Positions 8,767 to 17,439 of a stretch of DNA of 26,460 bases are shown piece after piece. The DNA comes from Verrucomicrobiota bacterium (lineage in GTDB: Bacteria > Verrucomicrobiota > Verrucomicrobiia > Chthoniobacterales > UBA6821): assembly GCA_008932965.1 (NCBI GenBank), contig WBXG01000021.1, positions 1 through 26,460 on the forward strand, given 5' to 3'. Every line of letters begins with the position of its first letter. The stretch's first letter is position 1. The notes beneath the pieces are model-generated. The model was not told the origin of the DNA. It was given only the letters and a program-made list of their open reading frames with translations, and searched no databases. Both the position numbers and the translations under genes were made by a program.

Positions 8767-8871
8767 TAAACCCGGATATTTCATACCGATTCTGCTGCGG
8801 AAGTCGGGAAGTCAGATGGATACTGCGTTGATCTCGAAGTCTTCCTCGGGCAGTATGAAACCACCAGTGAT
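8767..8871 (-). mobile_element. Copy E of the repeat family, about 105 bp, inverted relative to copy A, with the central region deleted
   Basis: TAAACCCGGATATTTCATACCGATTCTGCTGCGGAAGTCGGGAAGTCAGATGGATACTGCGTT aligns nearly base for base with the reverse complement of the right arm of copy A (TAGCCCGGATGTTTCATACTGATCTACTACGGAAGCCGGGAAGTCAGATGGATGCTGCGTT). The far end, GGCAGTATGAAACCACCAGTG, is a degenerate terminal repeat. Confidence 0.75.
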
Positions 8872-8881
8872 TAATCAGCAC

Positions 8882-9115
8882 CTATTCGCCATCGTTACCA
8901 ATGGCCTCAACAGGACAACCCTCCATTGCCTCTTTGCAAAGCGCTTCCTCCTCAGGAGTAGTTGGTTGTTTAAAGACGTAAGAGTGCCCACCGTCATCAT
9001 TGCGAGTAAAGTTCGCGGGAGCTGTTTCTCGGCACAAATCGCAGTCGATGCACTGATCATCAACGTAAAAAGAGCCTCCAGCATTTTCAGAATATTTATT
9101 AGAATGATCCGCCAT
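8882..9115 (-). CDS. Small single-cluster [4Fe-4S]/[3Fe-4S] ferredoxin
   Basis: 77 aa. Cluster-binding motif CIDCDLC followed distally by GCPVEAI (C-x2-C-x2-C...CP). ATG start at 9115. Confidence 0.8.
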   Translation of the reverse strand: MADHSNKYSENAGGSFYVDDQCIDCDLCRETAPANFTRNDDGGHSYVFKQPTTPEEEALCKEAMEGCPVEAIGNDGE

Positions 9116-9239
9116 AAAGCACTAAGAAGGTAAAACTCTTTTTTGAGATTGCAACCATTTTCATCAAATTCTTTACATTAAAATGAACATTTTATACAAC
9201 TTTGAAACACCATTCCTCACCAAACACTGACCTAACACT

Positions 9240-11294
9240 ATGAAGTTAACCCTCTTCAGAAAATCTTGTAACACCATTGCTACACTCGCTATCGGTGCTG
9301 CTGTTTTATTACCAATAAAGGAGGCAAGTGGGCATCAGAATACATTATTAACGTTAGATTCAAAAAAAGAGATTGAGAAAATCATTCTATTTTTAACATC
9401 TGATATTGAAGCCTTATCGCAAGATACCCCTAATCCAGGGTTTACCTATGTAGGAACAGCTGGAGAGCTTCAGCGAAAAAAGCTTCCACTGAGCTTCTAC
9501 TGCACGAATCAATTTTGGGAGCAATATGTTCTTCAACTTCCTGGTGAAGATTCCAACTCCGCAGATCTTTATAATCCCAGTGAGAATACATTTACCCCCA
9601 TGCCTGGATCGCGTGGTCAACTCCAAGTGGAGCGCATTAATATTAAAAGCGGCTGTAATATTTATGATGCTGCTACGTGGCAAATTGCCCTTGCCTTAGC
9701 AGGAGACGATGGTGTGAAGGGAGATGGAGAAGAAAACATATTTTCATTAACTGATAATCAAAATGAATTGCTGAAGGAAGGTTATGATGGAAAAGATGCT
9801 GGTGATGTTAACCAAAATGGAGCACCACACAAAGATGCTAATAGAGGAGTAACGGTCATAGGGCCAGAGAACCAATACCAATTTCTTTATAATGGATGTG
9901 TGATTACTAACCCTAAAGAGGCATACTTTTACAGACAAGTTCCTAAAACTTTTAAGAATGAAGATCCGCTGGGTAAAACAGTTCAAATATTGGATACAAA
10001 TGGCAATCAAATGCCCGATGATAATGTAGACTATCCAAAAATCTCAATCTCATGGACAGATTGGAAACCTATTACTGGAGAAAATATTTGGGCTTTTCTC
10101 ATTGGCCCTTTGCATACAGCGCTCATTAAATACAAAAAATCTCCCTGTGTTCCTTTTGAATCGGTTGCTGTTCAAAACGCAATAGCTGTCCTTGGGACAT
10201 TTCAAAAAATGCAATCTGGGGTTGGAGGTATTTACTATGCACCATCAGGTTCTATGGCTAATATTGGCACTCAAGCAGTAAGCCGCTATGAAGTCTCCGT
10301 GGAAAATAACATCTCTGCTCTCGGTGGGCTTCTTGTCTTTCGGAGAGTTCTTCAAGAGGAACTCAGTTTTGCTCAGTTATCGACTAAAGAAAGATATGAC
10401 ATTCGCAAATCGCTTGGGATTATTCAGACCATGCTTTATGGAGGTACCTATCAGGTCAATTCTCAACTTGGTCAAAAAGAAGAGAGAAGAACTCATGGTC
10501 TTCTCTCCTTTCTAAAAAATGAAGCATGGGATGCTACGAGTGGAAGGTTTTATTCAGGCGGTGAGGCAAATAAAATGGATGAAAGCACTCATCAAGAAGT
10601 AGAGAAGTGGCTCCCGCATGCAACTCAAGCAGTTGATGTGAATACTTGGGGTTTAGCTGTATTAGGACAAAACTTCCTTGATAGTGCTTATGGCTTCGGT
10701 ACCGCATATCAACTTTGGGTGAATCTCAAAAGTTGGGGGGGATATTATGGTGCAGCGCAAAATGGAGTTGATCAAGAATTGTGGGGGGTTGGTTACTCTG
10801 ATCTTGATCATGAGGGTAACGGGAAAATAGATCCTAGCGACCATTCAGGAATTTTATCTGGAGAGTGGACAGCAGGTGCTATCACTGCACTGAGAGCGTT
10901 GATCACTCAATATGATCAGGTGATTGAGGCTGGAAAAGAGAGTCCAGAGAATATAGAAAAAGCTCAACATTATGTTGCTGACCTACGAAAAGATCATGAT
11001 GCCATGATCACTCATATCCAAAGCCTGAGAACAGATCGTTATGCTGATGAAAAAGCTTTTAACAGTGTTAGACCAACCAATTATTCATCATTGATAAATA
11101 TTCCAACTGATAAATTAGGTTATCTTTATGCTAGCAAGCGCTATTTAATTCCCTTTGGCTGGTATGCAAATCCGATTCCTAGCATGGCAAGTACAACCTG
11201 GGCTGTGATGCTACATTATAATTTCAATCCTTTCTCCGTGAAAGGCGATTACTCTGCTAATGATTTAAGTAATCCGGAAGAAGAGATAAATTAA
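9240..11294 (+). CDS. Secreted protein of unknown function (684 aa), possibly an all-helical toroid or glycosidase-like fold
   Basis: A long ORF with an N-terminal signal-like segment (MKLTLFRKSCNTIATLAIGAAVLLPIKEASG). It has repeated segments rich in aromatic and small residues (YDAATWQIALALAG, NIWAFLIGPLHTA, VNTWGLAVLG, EWTAGAITALRAL, STTWAVMLHY) that recall (alpha/alpha)6 barrels. I recognise no diagnostic catalytic motif. Confidence 0.7.
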   Translation: MKLTLFRKSCNTIATLAIGAAVLLPIKEASGHQNTLLTLDSKKEIEKIILFLTSDIEALSQDTPNPGFTYVGTAGELQRKKLPLSFYCTNQFWEQYVLQLPGEDSNSADLYNPSENTFTPMPGSRGQLQVERINIKSGCNIYDAATWQIALALAGDDGVKGDGEENIFSLTDNQNELLKEGYDGKDAGDVNQNGAPHKDANRGVTVIGPENQYQFLYNGCVITNPKEAYFYRQVPKTFKNEDPLGKTVQILDTNGNQMPDDNVDYPKISISWTDWKPITGENIWAFLIGPLHTALIKYKKSPCVPFESVAVQNAIAVLGTFQKMQSGVGGIYYAPSGSMANIGTQAVSRYEVSVENNISALGGLLVFRRVLQEELSFAQLSTKERYDIRKSLGIIQTMLYGGTYQVNSQLGQKEERRTHGLLSFLKNEAWDATSGRFYSGGEANKMDESTHQEVEKWLPHATQAVDVNTWGLAVLGQNFLDSAYGFGTAYQLWVNLKSWGGYYGAAQNGVDQELWGVGYSDLDHEGNGKIDPSDHSGILSGEWTAGAITALRALITQYDQVIEAGKESPENIEKAQHYVADLRKDHDAMITHIQSLRTDRYADEKAFNSVRPTNYSSLINIPTDKLGYLYASKRYLIPFGWYANPIPSMASTTWAVMLHYNFNPFSVKGDYSANDLSNPEEEIN

Positions 11295-12303
11295 AAAGTG
11301 TTTTATCTGCAACCTCCTGAGGGGTAATGTCTGTAACCTTTTCTGAAGGACTTTTCATGAAATGAGCTTTTTTGGAATAGGGTAACCAGATACTTGGATT
11401 GATATCTCCAAAAAGAGTGAGGGTTGGGATATCGAGTCCTGCTGCTATATGCATGGCACCCCCGTCAGAGCCTACAATGAGATTGCATCCGTAAAAAGAA
11501 CTCATCAGCTGACGTAAATCATTTGTTGGTTCTGCTAGCAGAGAATGAGGAGGGAATGATCCTAGCAGTGCTGCTGCTAAATGATCATCTCCTGGGTGCT
11601 GAAGTGACGAAGCTGATCCCGGAGACCAAAAAAGACGTATACGTGCATGGGGAAGCATGAGGGAGATAAATTCTTTCCACTGCTCCAAGGACCATCGCTG
11701 TTGGGGACGACGCGCTGAAATTTGAAGTCCTAATACCGGTTGTTTTTTATTGCCAGGAATGTTGTTTCGTTCAATTAGAGCAGACTGCTTTTCTTCTTTT
11801 GAAAGCACTAGGGAGATGGCCTCAGGAGCTGAGGCAGAGATCCCTAGGGCATGGGAGTAGGTCAAGATTTGTAATACATGGGATTTATTGTGATCGATGG
11901 TAACGGGACGATAATTTTTGGGGAGTTTTGATCTTAAAGGTTGTTCTGGCATCGCTCCATAAATGATTTTTGGAGCAATCCATCCGGCTATTTTTGCGGT
12001 TCTTTCGTTAAAAACAGGAACTGCAATAATGATGACATCATACCGCTGTAGTCGAAGTCTTAGCAGAAGAGCTGTTTTATCCATCCATGCATGAAATTTT
12101 TTTAGGAAACCATGAAGGTGTTTTGCTTTAGAATAGGACCAAAGATGCGATAGACGGGAATCATATTTCAGAATGGAAATGTTATAGGAATTGCCAAGAA
12201 GATCAATCGTAGCTTTGGGATAGGCCTCATGTAATACTTGGATCAAAGGTGTGGTGCAGACAAGATCACCAATGTTATCGTTTCGAATGATAAGTAATTT
12301 CAT
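11257..12303 (-). CDS. Glycosyltransferase family 9 (LPS heptosyltransferase-like)
   Basis: 348 aa. N-terminus MKLLIIRNDNIGDLVCTTPLIQVLHEAYPKATIDLL is typical of GT9. The C-terminal part reads NLIVGSDGGAMHIAAGLDIPTLTLFG. Confidence 0.8.
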   Translation of the reverse strand: MKLLIIRNDNIGDLVCTTPLIQVLHEAYPKATIDLLGNSYNISILKYDSRLSHLWSYSKAKHLHGFLKKFHAWMDKTALLLRLRLQRYDVIIIAVPVFNERTAKIAGWIAPKIIYGAMPEQPLRSKLPKNYRPVTIDHNKSHVLQILTYSHALGISASAPEAISLVLSKEEKQSALIERNNIPGNKKQPVLGLQISARRPQQRWSLEQWKEFISLMLPHARIRLFWSPGSASSLQHPGDDHLAAALLGSFPPHSLLAEPTNDLRQLMSSFYGCNLIVGSDGGAMHIAAGLDIPTLTLFGDINPSIWLPYSKKAHFMKSPSEKVTDITPQEVADKTLFNLSLLPDYLNH

Positions 12304-12323
12304 AGTAATGGTTCATTCTTGTT

Positions 12324-12353
12324 TTGACGCAAGAGGACTTGGATCTCTACACT
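12324..12353 (+). promoter_or_regulatory. Candidate sigma70-type promoter for hemQ
   Basis: TTGACG (12324-12329), an 18-nt spacer, then TACACT (12348-12353), about 40 nt upstream of the first ATG at 12393. The TTG start proposed by the ORF track at 12324 is the first triplet of this -35-like hexamer. This is a sequence match only. Confidence 0.3.
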
Positions 12354-12392
12354 ACTCATCACAACGACACAAGTCATTTCATCCATGTAACA

Positions 12393-13265
12393 ATGCATCA
12401 TCGATCCTCTCCTCCTATTCTCCCCACTGAGGGATACCATGTTCTTCATCTTTTTTTGAGAGTTGATCATTCTGTATGGGATTATTTCAACCAAGAGGAG
12501 CAAGAAGTGCGGCTAAGAGCATTCAAGAAGGTGATTGAAGAGATCCAAGGGATTGCTACCACACAACTCCTTAGTTTTAGTATGGTAACTCCTAAGGCCG
12601 ATCTTGGTTTTATGTTGATTACCCCAGATCTCGATGTTTTGGATCAAGCTGCCAAAAAATTAGAACATTCATTAGGCCATGGCGTCTTGGTCCCAACCTT
12701 CTCATGGCTTTCGATGACGGAACGTAGCGAATACGGGATGAATAATGAAGAATATGCAGCGAAGCTCGAGCACGAGGAGGGAATCGATGCAAGGATGCCT
12801 GCCTTCGAAGAAAAAATGCAGGCTTTTCGCGATCGCATTTCAAAATATATCCAGGATCGCCTTTATCCAGAACTTCCTGAAGCCAAAGAATGGCCAGTCT
12901 TCTGTTTCTATCCGATGTCAAAGCGTCGTAATCCTGATCAAAACTGGTATGCCCTCTCTCTCGAAGAGCGAAAGAAACTCATGCAGGGACATGCTTTGGT
13001 GGGAAGGGGCTATGCAGGACGCGTTCGTCAATTCATTACTGGTTCCACAGGACTTGATGATCAAGAATGGGGGGTCTCTCTTTTCGCCAAGACAACGAGT
13101 TCCATTAAAGAGATTGTTTACGAAATGCGCTTTGATGAAGTGAGTGTGAAATATGCTGAGTTTGGAGAGTTTTTTATTGGAATCCAAATGAATCTCCAAA
13201 ATCTCCTGGAACGTCTTGGGTTGAGTCACCTGACGTCTGGAAAGAATGATAAGAAAGAGTTATAA
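12393..13265 (+). CDS. hemQ: Coproheme decarboxylase / chlorite dismutase-family protein (HemQ/ChdC type)
   Basis: YPMSKRRNPDQNWYALSLEERKKLMQGHALVGRGYAGRVRQFITGSTGLDDQEWGVSLFAKT...IVYEMRFDEVSVKYAEFGEFFIG matches the conserved HemQ C-terminal half. It has Gln in RQFITG where true chlorite dismutases carry the distal Arg. The start is assigned to the first ATG. The alternative TTG at 12324 would leave only 20 nt to the divergent GT9 gene. Confidence 0.8.
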   Translation: MHHRSSPPILPTEGYHVLHLFLRVDHSVWDYFNQEEQEVRLRAFKKVIEEIQGIATTQLLSFSMVTPKADLGFMLITPDLDVLDQAAKKLEHSLGHGVLVPTFSWLSMTERSEYGMNNEEYAAKLEHEEGIDARMPAFEEKMQAFRDRISKYIQDRLYPELPEAKEWPVFCFYPMSKRRNPDQNWYALSLEERKKLMQGHALVGRGYAGRVRQFITGSTGLDDQEWGVSLFAKTTSSIKEIVYEMRFDEVSVKYAEFGEFFIGIQMNLQNLLERLGLSHLTSGKNDKKEL

Positions 13266-13332
13266 AAAAGATTCAAAGGGACCAATCATCTTTTCTTAGT
13301 ATAGTGGGGGGTTAAATTGATGTAAATGTGCT

Positions 13333-13440
13333 TAACCCGCATATTTCATACTGGTTCGTCGCGAGGAGCCGCGAATCCTGACGCAGCATCCATCAGGTGT
13401 TCGCAAGCTGCAGCAGAATCGGCATGAAATATCCAGGTTA
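13333..13440 (+). mobile_element. Copy F of the repeat family, 108 bp including TA flanks, same orientation as copy A, with the central region deleted
   Basis: TAACCCGCATATTTCATACTGGTTCGTCGCGAGGAGCCGCGAATCCTG-ACGCAGCATCCATCAGGTGTTCGCAAGCTGCAGCAGAATCGGCATGAAATATCCAGGTTA. Both terminal repeats and both arms align with copy A. TA is present at both ends. Confidence 0.85.
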
Positions 13441-13460
13441 ATGCAGTCATAAAGCTACAG

Positions 13461-14138
13461 TCACTGTATCGTTTTGAGCCAACGTCCTAAAAGACGATAT
13501 TTTAAACAACCCCTCATCGATTGGCTAAAATAATAAAGCTTTTCTTCGGCGTGATGCAATGGCTTTGTAAAGTCATTTCCAGGACGCGGTTTTTGCCAAG
13601 CAAGAAACGGTGAAGCCACCCAGGTCCTTAGCTGAAATTGATCATAAAGGTTATCAATATTCGGCCTTTTTTCAACGGGTCCTGGTAGATCATGCCATTG
13701 CAAGAATCGATCGTAAGAACTCTGATTATAAACAATAAAGTGAGCTGCTACTGCATGCAGGCATTCAATAATTTCCACTTTGATTTCCTCTTCTAATTTA
13801 AAATCCAGTTGTAGTTTTTTAGGATGTACATACATAGCCCCTCCCAGAAAAATGTCCCATCTGTTTTTCTCTTGGAGTAAGTATTGAAAAATTAGAGGCC
13901 ACGTTTTCATGGCATCACACGTCATACAATCATCTTCTAAGACAATTAAGTAAGGCCATCCTTCGTTTTTAGCACGAGCAATTAACTCAAGATGACTCAT
14001 TGTGCATCCTATTTGTTTGTGCTCATCTGGCGTCACAACGAAACGTTCACACTCCAATCCATGAGGCAGCATCGCTTGCTGCACCAGTGTGAAAGTGGCC
14101 TCGTGAGCCTCTAGGTTAATAACAAAAGCCTTGTTCAT
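13461..14138 (-). CDS. Glycosyltransferase family 25-like (LPS/LOS glycosyltransferase)
   Basis: 225 aa. AFVINLEAHEATF...GLECERFVVTPDEHKQIGCTMSHLELIARAKNEGWPYLIVLEDDC follows the GT25 layout (vInL...R, GC..SH, lIlEDD). Confidence 0.6.
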   Translation of the reverse strand: MNKAFVINLEAHEATFTLVQQAMLPHGLECERFVVTPDEHKQIGCTMSHLELIARAKNEGWPYLIVLEDDCMTCDAMKTWPLIFQYLLQEKNRWDIFLGGAMYVHPKKLQLDFKLEEEIKVEIIECLHAVAAHFIVYNQSSYDRFLQWHDLPGPVEKRPNIDNLYDQFQLRTWVASPFLAWQKPRPGNDFTKPLHHAEEKLYYFSQSMRGCLKYRLLGRWLKTIQ

Positions 14139-14142
14139 AATT

Positions 14143-15210
14143 CTATTTAAATTGCTGATACACTTTTAATGTCTCTCTCATCGTTCTTTCCCAAGAAAAT
14201 TGATTCGCTTGCCTCACTGCTTTTTCTGATAACTCATTACGTTCTTTCTGAGAATTGAGCAACGATATTGCTGCTTCTGCAATATTCTGCGGAGATGCTT
14301 GAAGCAGCTCTATGAGAATTCCTCCAGAGCCAATAACCTCAGGAAGACTGCTTGTCTGGAGCCCGATAACAGGCGCTCCCATTTTCATTGCTTCCAATGG
14401 CGGCAAACCGAACCCTTCATATTCAGATAAATAAAAAAGTGCTTCACAATACTTGTAAAGGACTGCTAGCAACATATCATTAGGATGCTCCAAGAGGTCG
14501 ATGGAATCTGCAACGCCAAGATCGCGAAGTTGTTTTTTTTCTTCATCATTCCAAGGAGCGCCTACAACAACCAATCGAAGATCATTGTATTTTTTTTTCA
14601 AAAGCGCAAAGACTTGGAGCGTCAGGTAAAAATTTTTGTAAAAATACCGATGCCCTACATATAAAAAAAAGCGTTGCTGATAGAGGTTTTTGACATCAGC
14701 AGAAGGTAAGTACAATGAAGATGCCAAAGGAATAACAGTGCTTCGCGAAGCACATTGAGGGAACCGCTCCAATAGATCTGCTTGAGTAGATTGAGAAACA
14801 CAAATGATATGATCTGCACGCTGAATAGCTGCGTTTTGATCTTGAATGACTTTTTCACTACGCACATAGCGATCAGAAAAACGTGCCATAATAAAATCGT
14901 GTACGGTAACCACAACATTGCCGGGAATATTCTTCCATGATAATGGCACTGAAAGATGATAGTAGGAAGGATGGATCAGATCCATGGAACTAAGCCGCCT
15001 GCATACCAGCCAAGGACTTCGAGAAAGGATCTCGGGCAAGCAAAAAAACTTGAGATCTTTATTTTGTGGAGCGCAAAATTCATTTTCTATTTTTTTAAAA
15101 ACATAGGGATGAAACGTTCTCGGCAAACGAGAAATAATCTCGCTCATATAACGATTAATTCCACCAGCTTGTTGAAGTTTATATATGTAGGGATCGTATA
15201 AAATCTTCAC
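14143..15210 (-). CDS. Glycosyltransferase family 4 (GT-B fold, Glycos_transf_1)
   Basis: 355 aa. N-terminal GGINRY. C-terminal YLSEYEGFGLPPLEAMKMGAPVIGLQTSSLPEVIG is the typical GT4 E-x7-E region. GTG start at 15210, 4 nt after the upstream stop. Confidence 0.85.
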   Translation of the reverse strand: MKILYDPYIYKLQQAGGINRYMSEIISRLPRTFHPYVFKKIENEFCAPQNKDLKFFCLPEILSRSPWLVCRRLSSMDLIHPSYYHLSVPLSWKNIPGNVVVTVHDFIMARFSDRYVRSEKVIQDQNAAIQRADHIICVSQSTQADLLERFPQCASRSTVIPLASSLYLPSADVKNLYQQRFFLYVGHRYFYKNFYLTLQVFALLKKKYNDLRLVVVGAPWNDEEKKQLRDLGVADSIDLLEHPNDMLLAVLYKYCEALFYLSEYEGFGLPPLEAMKMGAPVIGLQTSSLPEVIGSGGILIELLQASPQNIAEAAISLLNSQKERNELSEKAVRQANQFSWERTMRETLKVYQQFK

Positions 15211-15214
15211 ACTT

Positions 15215-16348
15215 TTAGGATTTCAAAACTCTTGCAGCGAATTCATGATAATTTTTTTGGAATTGATCTCGTGTATGAACTTTTCTCACGTGCTCATAGG
15301 AAGCCTTTGCACGCTGTTGAACTTCTTCATCAGGCAGCGCAGCAAAGGCTCTTGCCGTTTCCATGACCGCTTCAACGGTTCCGCTCTTAATGAGCATACC
15401 AAAATCATTCAAATCGACAGAAGCTTCATAAGTACAGAGGGGCACCATACCCGCATGCATGCAGTGAATCACGCTCCCACCACCACCTTCAGAGCATGAT
15501 GGATAAATCGTGGAAGCATGCGTTCTTGCTATCTCCTTAAATTCTAAAGAAGCCATATCCACCCAGCCTCGTGCATGAATATTGGGTGTATGAAGTAATT
15601 CCTTTTCATAGAGCCGGAAAAAATCTGGTTCCTTTTCAGGACGAGCGCAAATCGTGAGTGATAATTCTGGCATCTGAGCAAAAGCCTCCAAGACAAGATC
15701 GAGACCTTTGTGCACCATGCCATAACTTGCAACCCATAAAAAATTTTTCTTTTTTTCTGTAAAATTCCGTTCTTGAGGCCACTCGAATTCATAAGCTGAG
15801 GAAATCGGAATGCGCGTGATTGGTTTCTTCGCAAAAGCAAAACTGTTCATGGTGTATTTATTTCCTAATACCACAATTTCATCCTCCCCTCCATTATCAG
15901 GAGGATGCGTGTGCCTCCGTGATCTCAATACCACACCCTTACGATCACGAATAGCAGCAAGTCGTGCAAGCTCTGCTTGATTGGCTAAAAGCCAGTGTGC
16001 TGCTGTGGCATGGGTGATTCGCTTGCAGGTCTTAGGCAAATAAGCATCCCATCGCTCAAATTGCCCCTCTATGTCAATTGCAATACATGTATCACTTGGA
16101 GGAACATAAGTGCGATTGTGATATTCGATAACATCAACAGCATATCCAAGCTTTCGATATGTTTCTGCTATCGTCACCACTTCAAAAGCATTGGTGTGAC
16201 CACGTGCTTTTGGTGAATTCCACCCCTCTTTAAAAGGCCAAAAAATATAACCCAAAACAACTCTCCCTCGAGAAGGCCTTTGTGTCAACAAACGAACCTC
16301 AGGCAACCGCTTTTTGTGATCAAAAATTTTTTTAATGTAGAAAAACAT
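15215..16348 (-). CDS. GT-B fold glycosyltransferase (GT4-like)
   Basis: 377 aa. FLWVASYGMVHKGLDLVLEAF then IYPSCSEGGGGSVIHCMHAGMVPLCT resembles the Glycos_transf_1 nucleotide-sugar binding region. The N-terminal half is divergent. Confidence 0.6.
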   Translation of the reverse strand: MFFYIKKIFDHKKRLPEVRLLTQRPSRGRVVLGYIFWPFKEGWNSPKARGHTNAFEVVTIAETYRKLGYAVDVIEYHNRTYVPPSDTCIAIDIEGQFERWDAYLPKTCKRITHATAAHWLLANQAELARLAAIRDRKGVVLRSRRHTHPPDNGGEDEIVVLGNKYTMNSFAFAKKPITRIPISSAYEFEWPQERNFTEKKKNFLWVASYGMVHKGLDLVLEAFAQMPELSLTICARPEKEPDFFRLYEKELLHTPNIHARGWVDMASLEFKEIARTHASTIYPSCSEGGGGSVIHCMHAGMVPLCTYEASVDLNDFGMLIKSGTVEAVMETARAFAALPDEEVQQRAKASYEHVRKVHTRDQFQKNYHEFAARVLKS

Positions 16349-16351
16349 AAA

Positions 16352-17272
16352 TTAGGCTTTTTTTAAAACTCTCCGTTTTGTCATACTTAGTCCATAGAAA
16401 AAAGACGCACTTACCCATTTGCTCCAAGTTAGCTTCTCTTTTCCTCTTAAACTCAATTTTATGCCATTAATTTTTTGAACCCAAAAGTCCATTTGCAATA
16501 CGAAAAGGTTTTGTTGTTTAGTCTGAAGTTCTAAAAGGTTCTTTTTTAAAAAATCTAAGGTGACTTCGTCGTAATGCTCGACCAACAAGATAGGTAAGGC
16601 CTCAAAAGGCTCTAAAACAGAAGACCTCAGAGCAATTGGATAAGAACCTAAAGCAAGCGCTTCCCAAAGTCGATGGGTGTCTATCCCATTTCCTGGAGGC
16701 GCCAAGACAAAACGATGTCGCTTCAATTGCGTTAAAAATTCCTTATTACCGCCATGATTACTGGGTAGATCACAAGTGATCCAATGTTCTTGTTGAGCAC
16801 GCACTTTAAAAGAATCATAAATTCTTTGTCGCACTGCAGGATTCGTTTCAGGACGAAAGTTGATGTACAGCCATTGGTCTCTTGAAATATCGAATTTCTG
16901 AGAATCAATATTTAATGTCACAGGATCTTCAACGCCTCCCAACCCCAGCGGCAAGGCCGTCACCTTCGGATGCGGATGTGTGACATTAGATGCAAACCAT
17001 CGCTCTACATTCAGCGGCAAAAATTGCTGCCTAAAAAAATCGCAGGGAACATCACTCTCTCCTGTTACCAAAACAATACGTTTCCGCGTTAATCTCAAAT
17101 ACTCAAACAATCGTAGCACTTCATCCGTTTTACAAAAAACAATGTCACCAGCTTTGAAATGAGTGTTGGCATAAGGATGAAAATTACTCCAATAAGTGTT
17201 ATCACATGCTTTTTCAAAAAGATCACATCTGACTAGAGCTTCGGATGGAAACGTGTTTTGAAAAGCGATCAT
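16352..17272 (-). CDS. Exostosin-like (GT47-like) glycosyltransferase
   Basis: 306 aa. RHRFVLAPPGNGIDTHRLWEALALGSYPIAL matches the exostosin-family C-terminal motif (F.L.P.G.g.d..Rl.Eal..G.iP). Confidence 0.55.
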   Translation of the reverse strand: MIAFQNTFPSEALVRCDLFEKACDNTYWSNFHPYANTHFKAGDIVFCKTDEVLRLFEYLRLTRKRIVLVTGESDVPCDFFRQQFLPLNVERWFASNVTHPHPKVTALPLGLGGVEDPVTLNIDSQKFDISRDQWLYINFRPETNPAVRQRIYDSFKVRAQQEHWITCDLPSNHGGNKEFLTQLKRHRFVLAPPGNGIDTHRLWEALALGSYPIALRSSVLEPFEALPILLVEHYDEVTLDFLKKNLLELQTKQQNLFVLQMDFWVQKINGIKLSLRGKEKLTWSKWVSASFFYGLSMTKRRVLKKA

Positions 17273-17293
17273 GTTGATGCTTGCAGCCTGAAG

Positions 17294-17439
17294 TAGCTGC
17301 AGAAGAAGTGAAGATTGAAGAGTATCTTTAAGATCAAAACAGAATTTTTATTTTTGAATATTATACCTGACAAGATGTGTTTTAAGTAAACTTTTTTCAG
17401 AAAACTTCAGTTAATTACTCTTCACTCTTAACTGCAGCC
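17294..17439. repeat. Imperfect inverted repeat flanking a spacer of about 90 bp (AT-rich by eye) inside the glycan operon
   Basis: Left arm AGCTGCAGAAGAAGTGAAGATTGAAGAGTA (17294-17323). Right arm TACTCTTCACTCTTAACTGCAGCC (17416-17439). About 20 of 24 positions pair, with a 5-nt bulge. TGCAGCCTG is directly repeated at 17282-17290 and 17432-17440. Confidence 0.5.

Noticed and set aside
8816-9133. 105-aa plus-strand ORF, and the 8875-9084 minus-strand ORF
   Set aside because: Both overlap the ferredoxin gene, which has a clear Cys motif, and the repeat copy E. They have low-complexity, non-conserved-looking sequence and are shadow ORFs.
9157-9170. ATTTTCATCAAATT, identical to the degenerate left end of copy C1 (6339-6352), as a possible further repeat remnant in the ferredoxin/secreted-protein spacer
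   Set aside because: It is only a 14-nt match in visibly AT-rich sequence, with no recognisable arm or partner terminal repeat nearby.
12300-13229. Small ORFs overlapping hemQ (12300-12503, 12619-12921, 12644-12838, 12745-13143, 12918-13229)
   Set aside because: All overlap the conserved HemQ frame and show no recognisable features.
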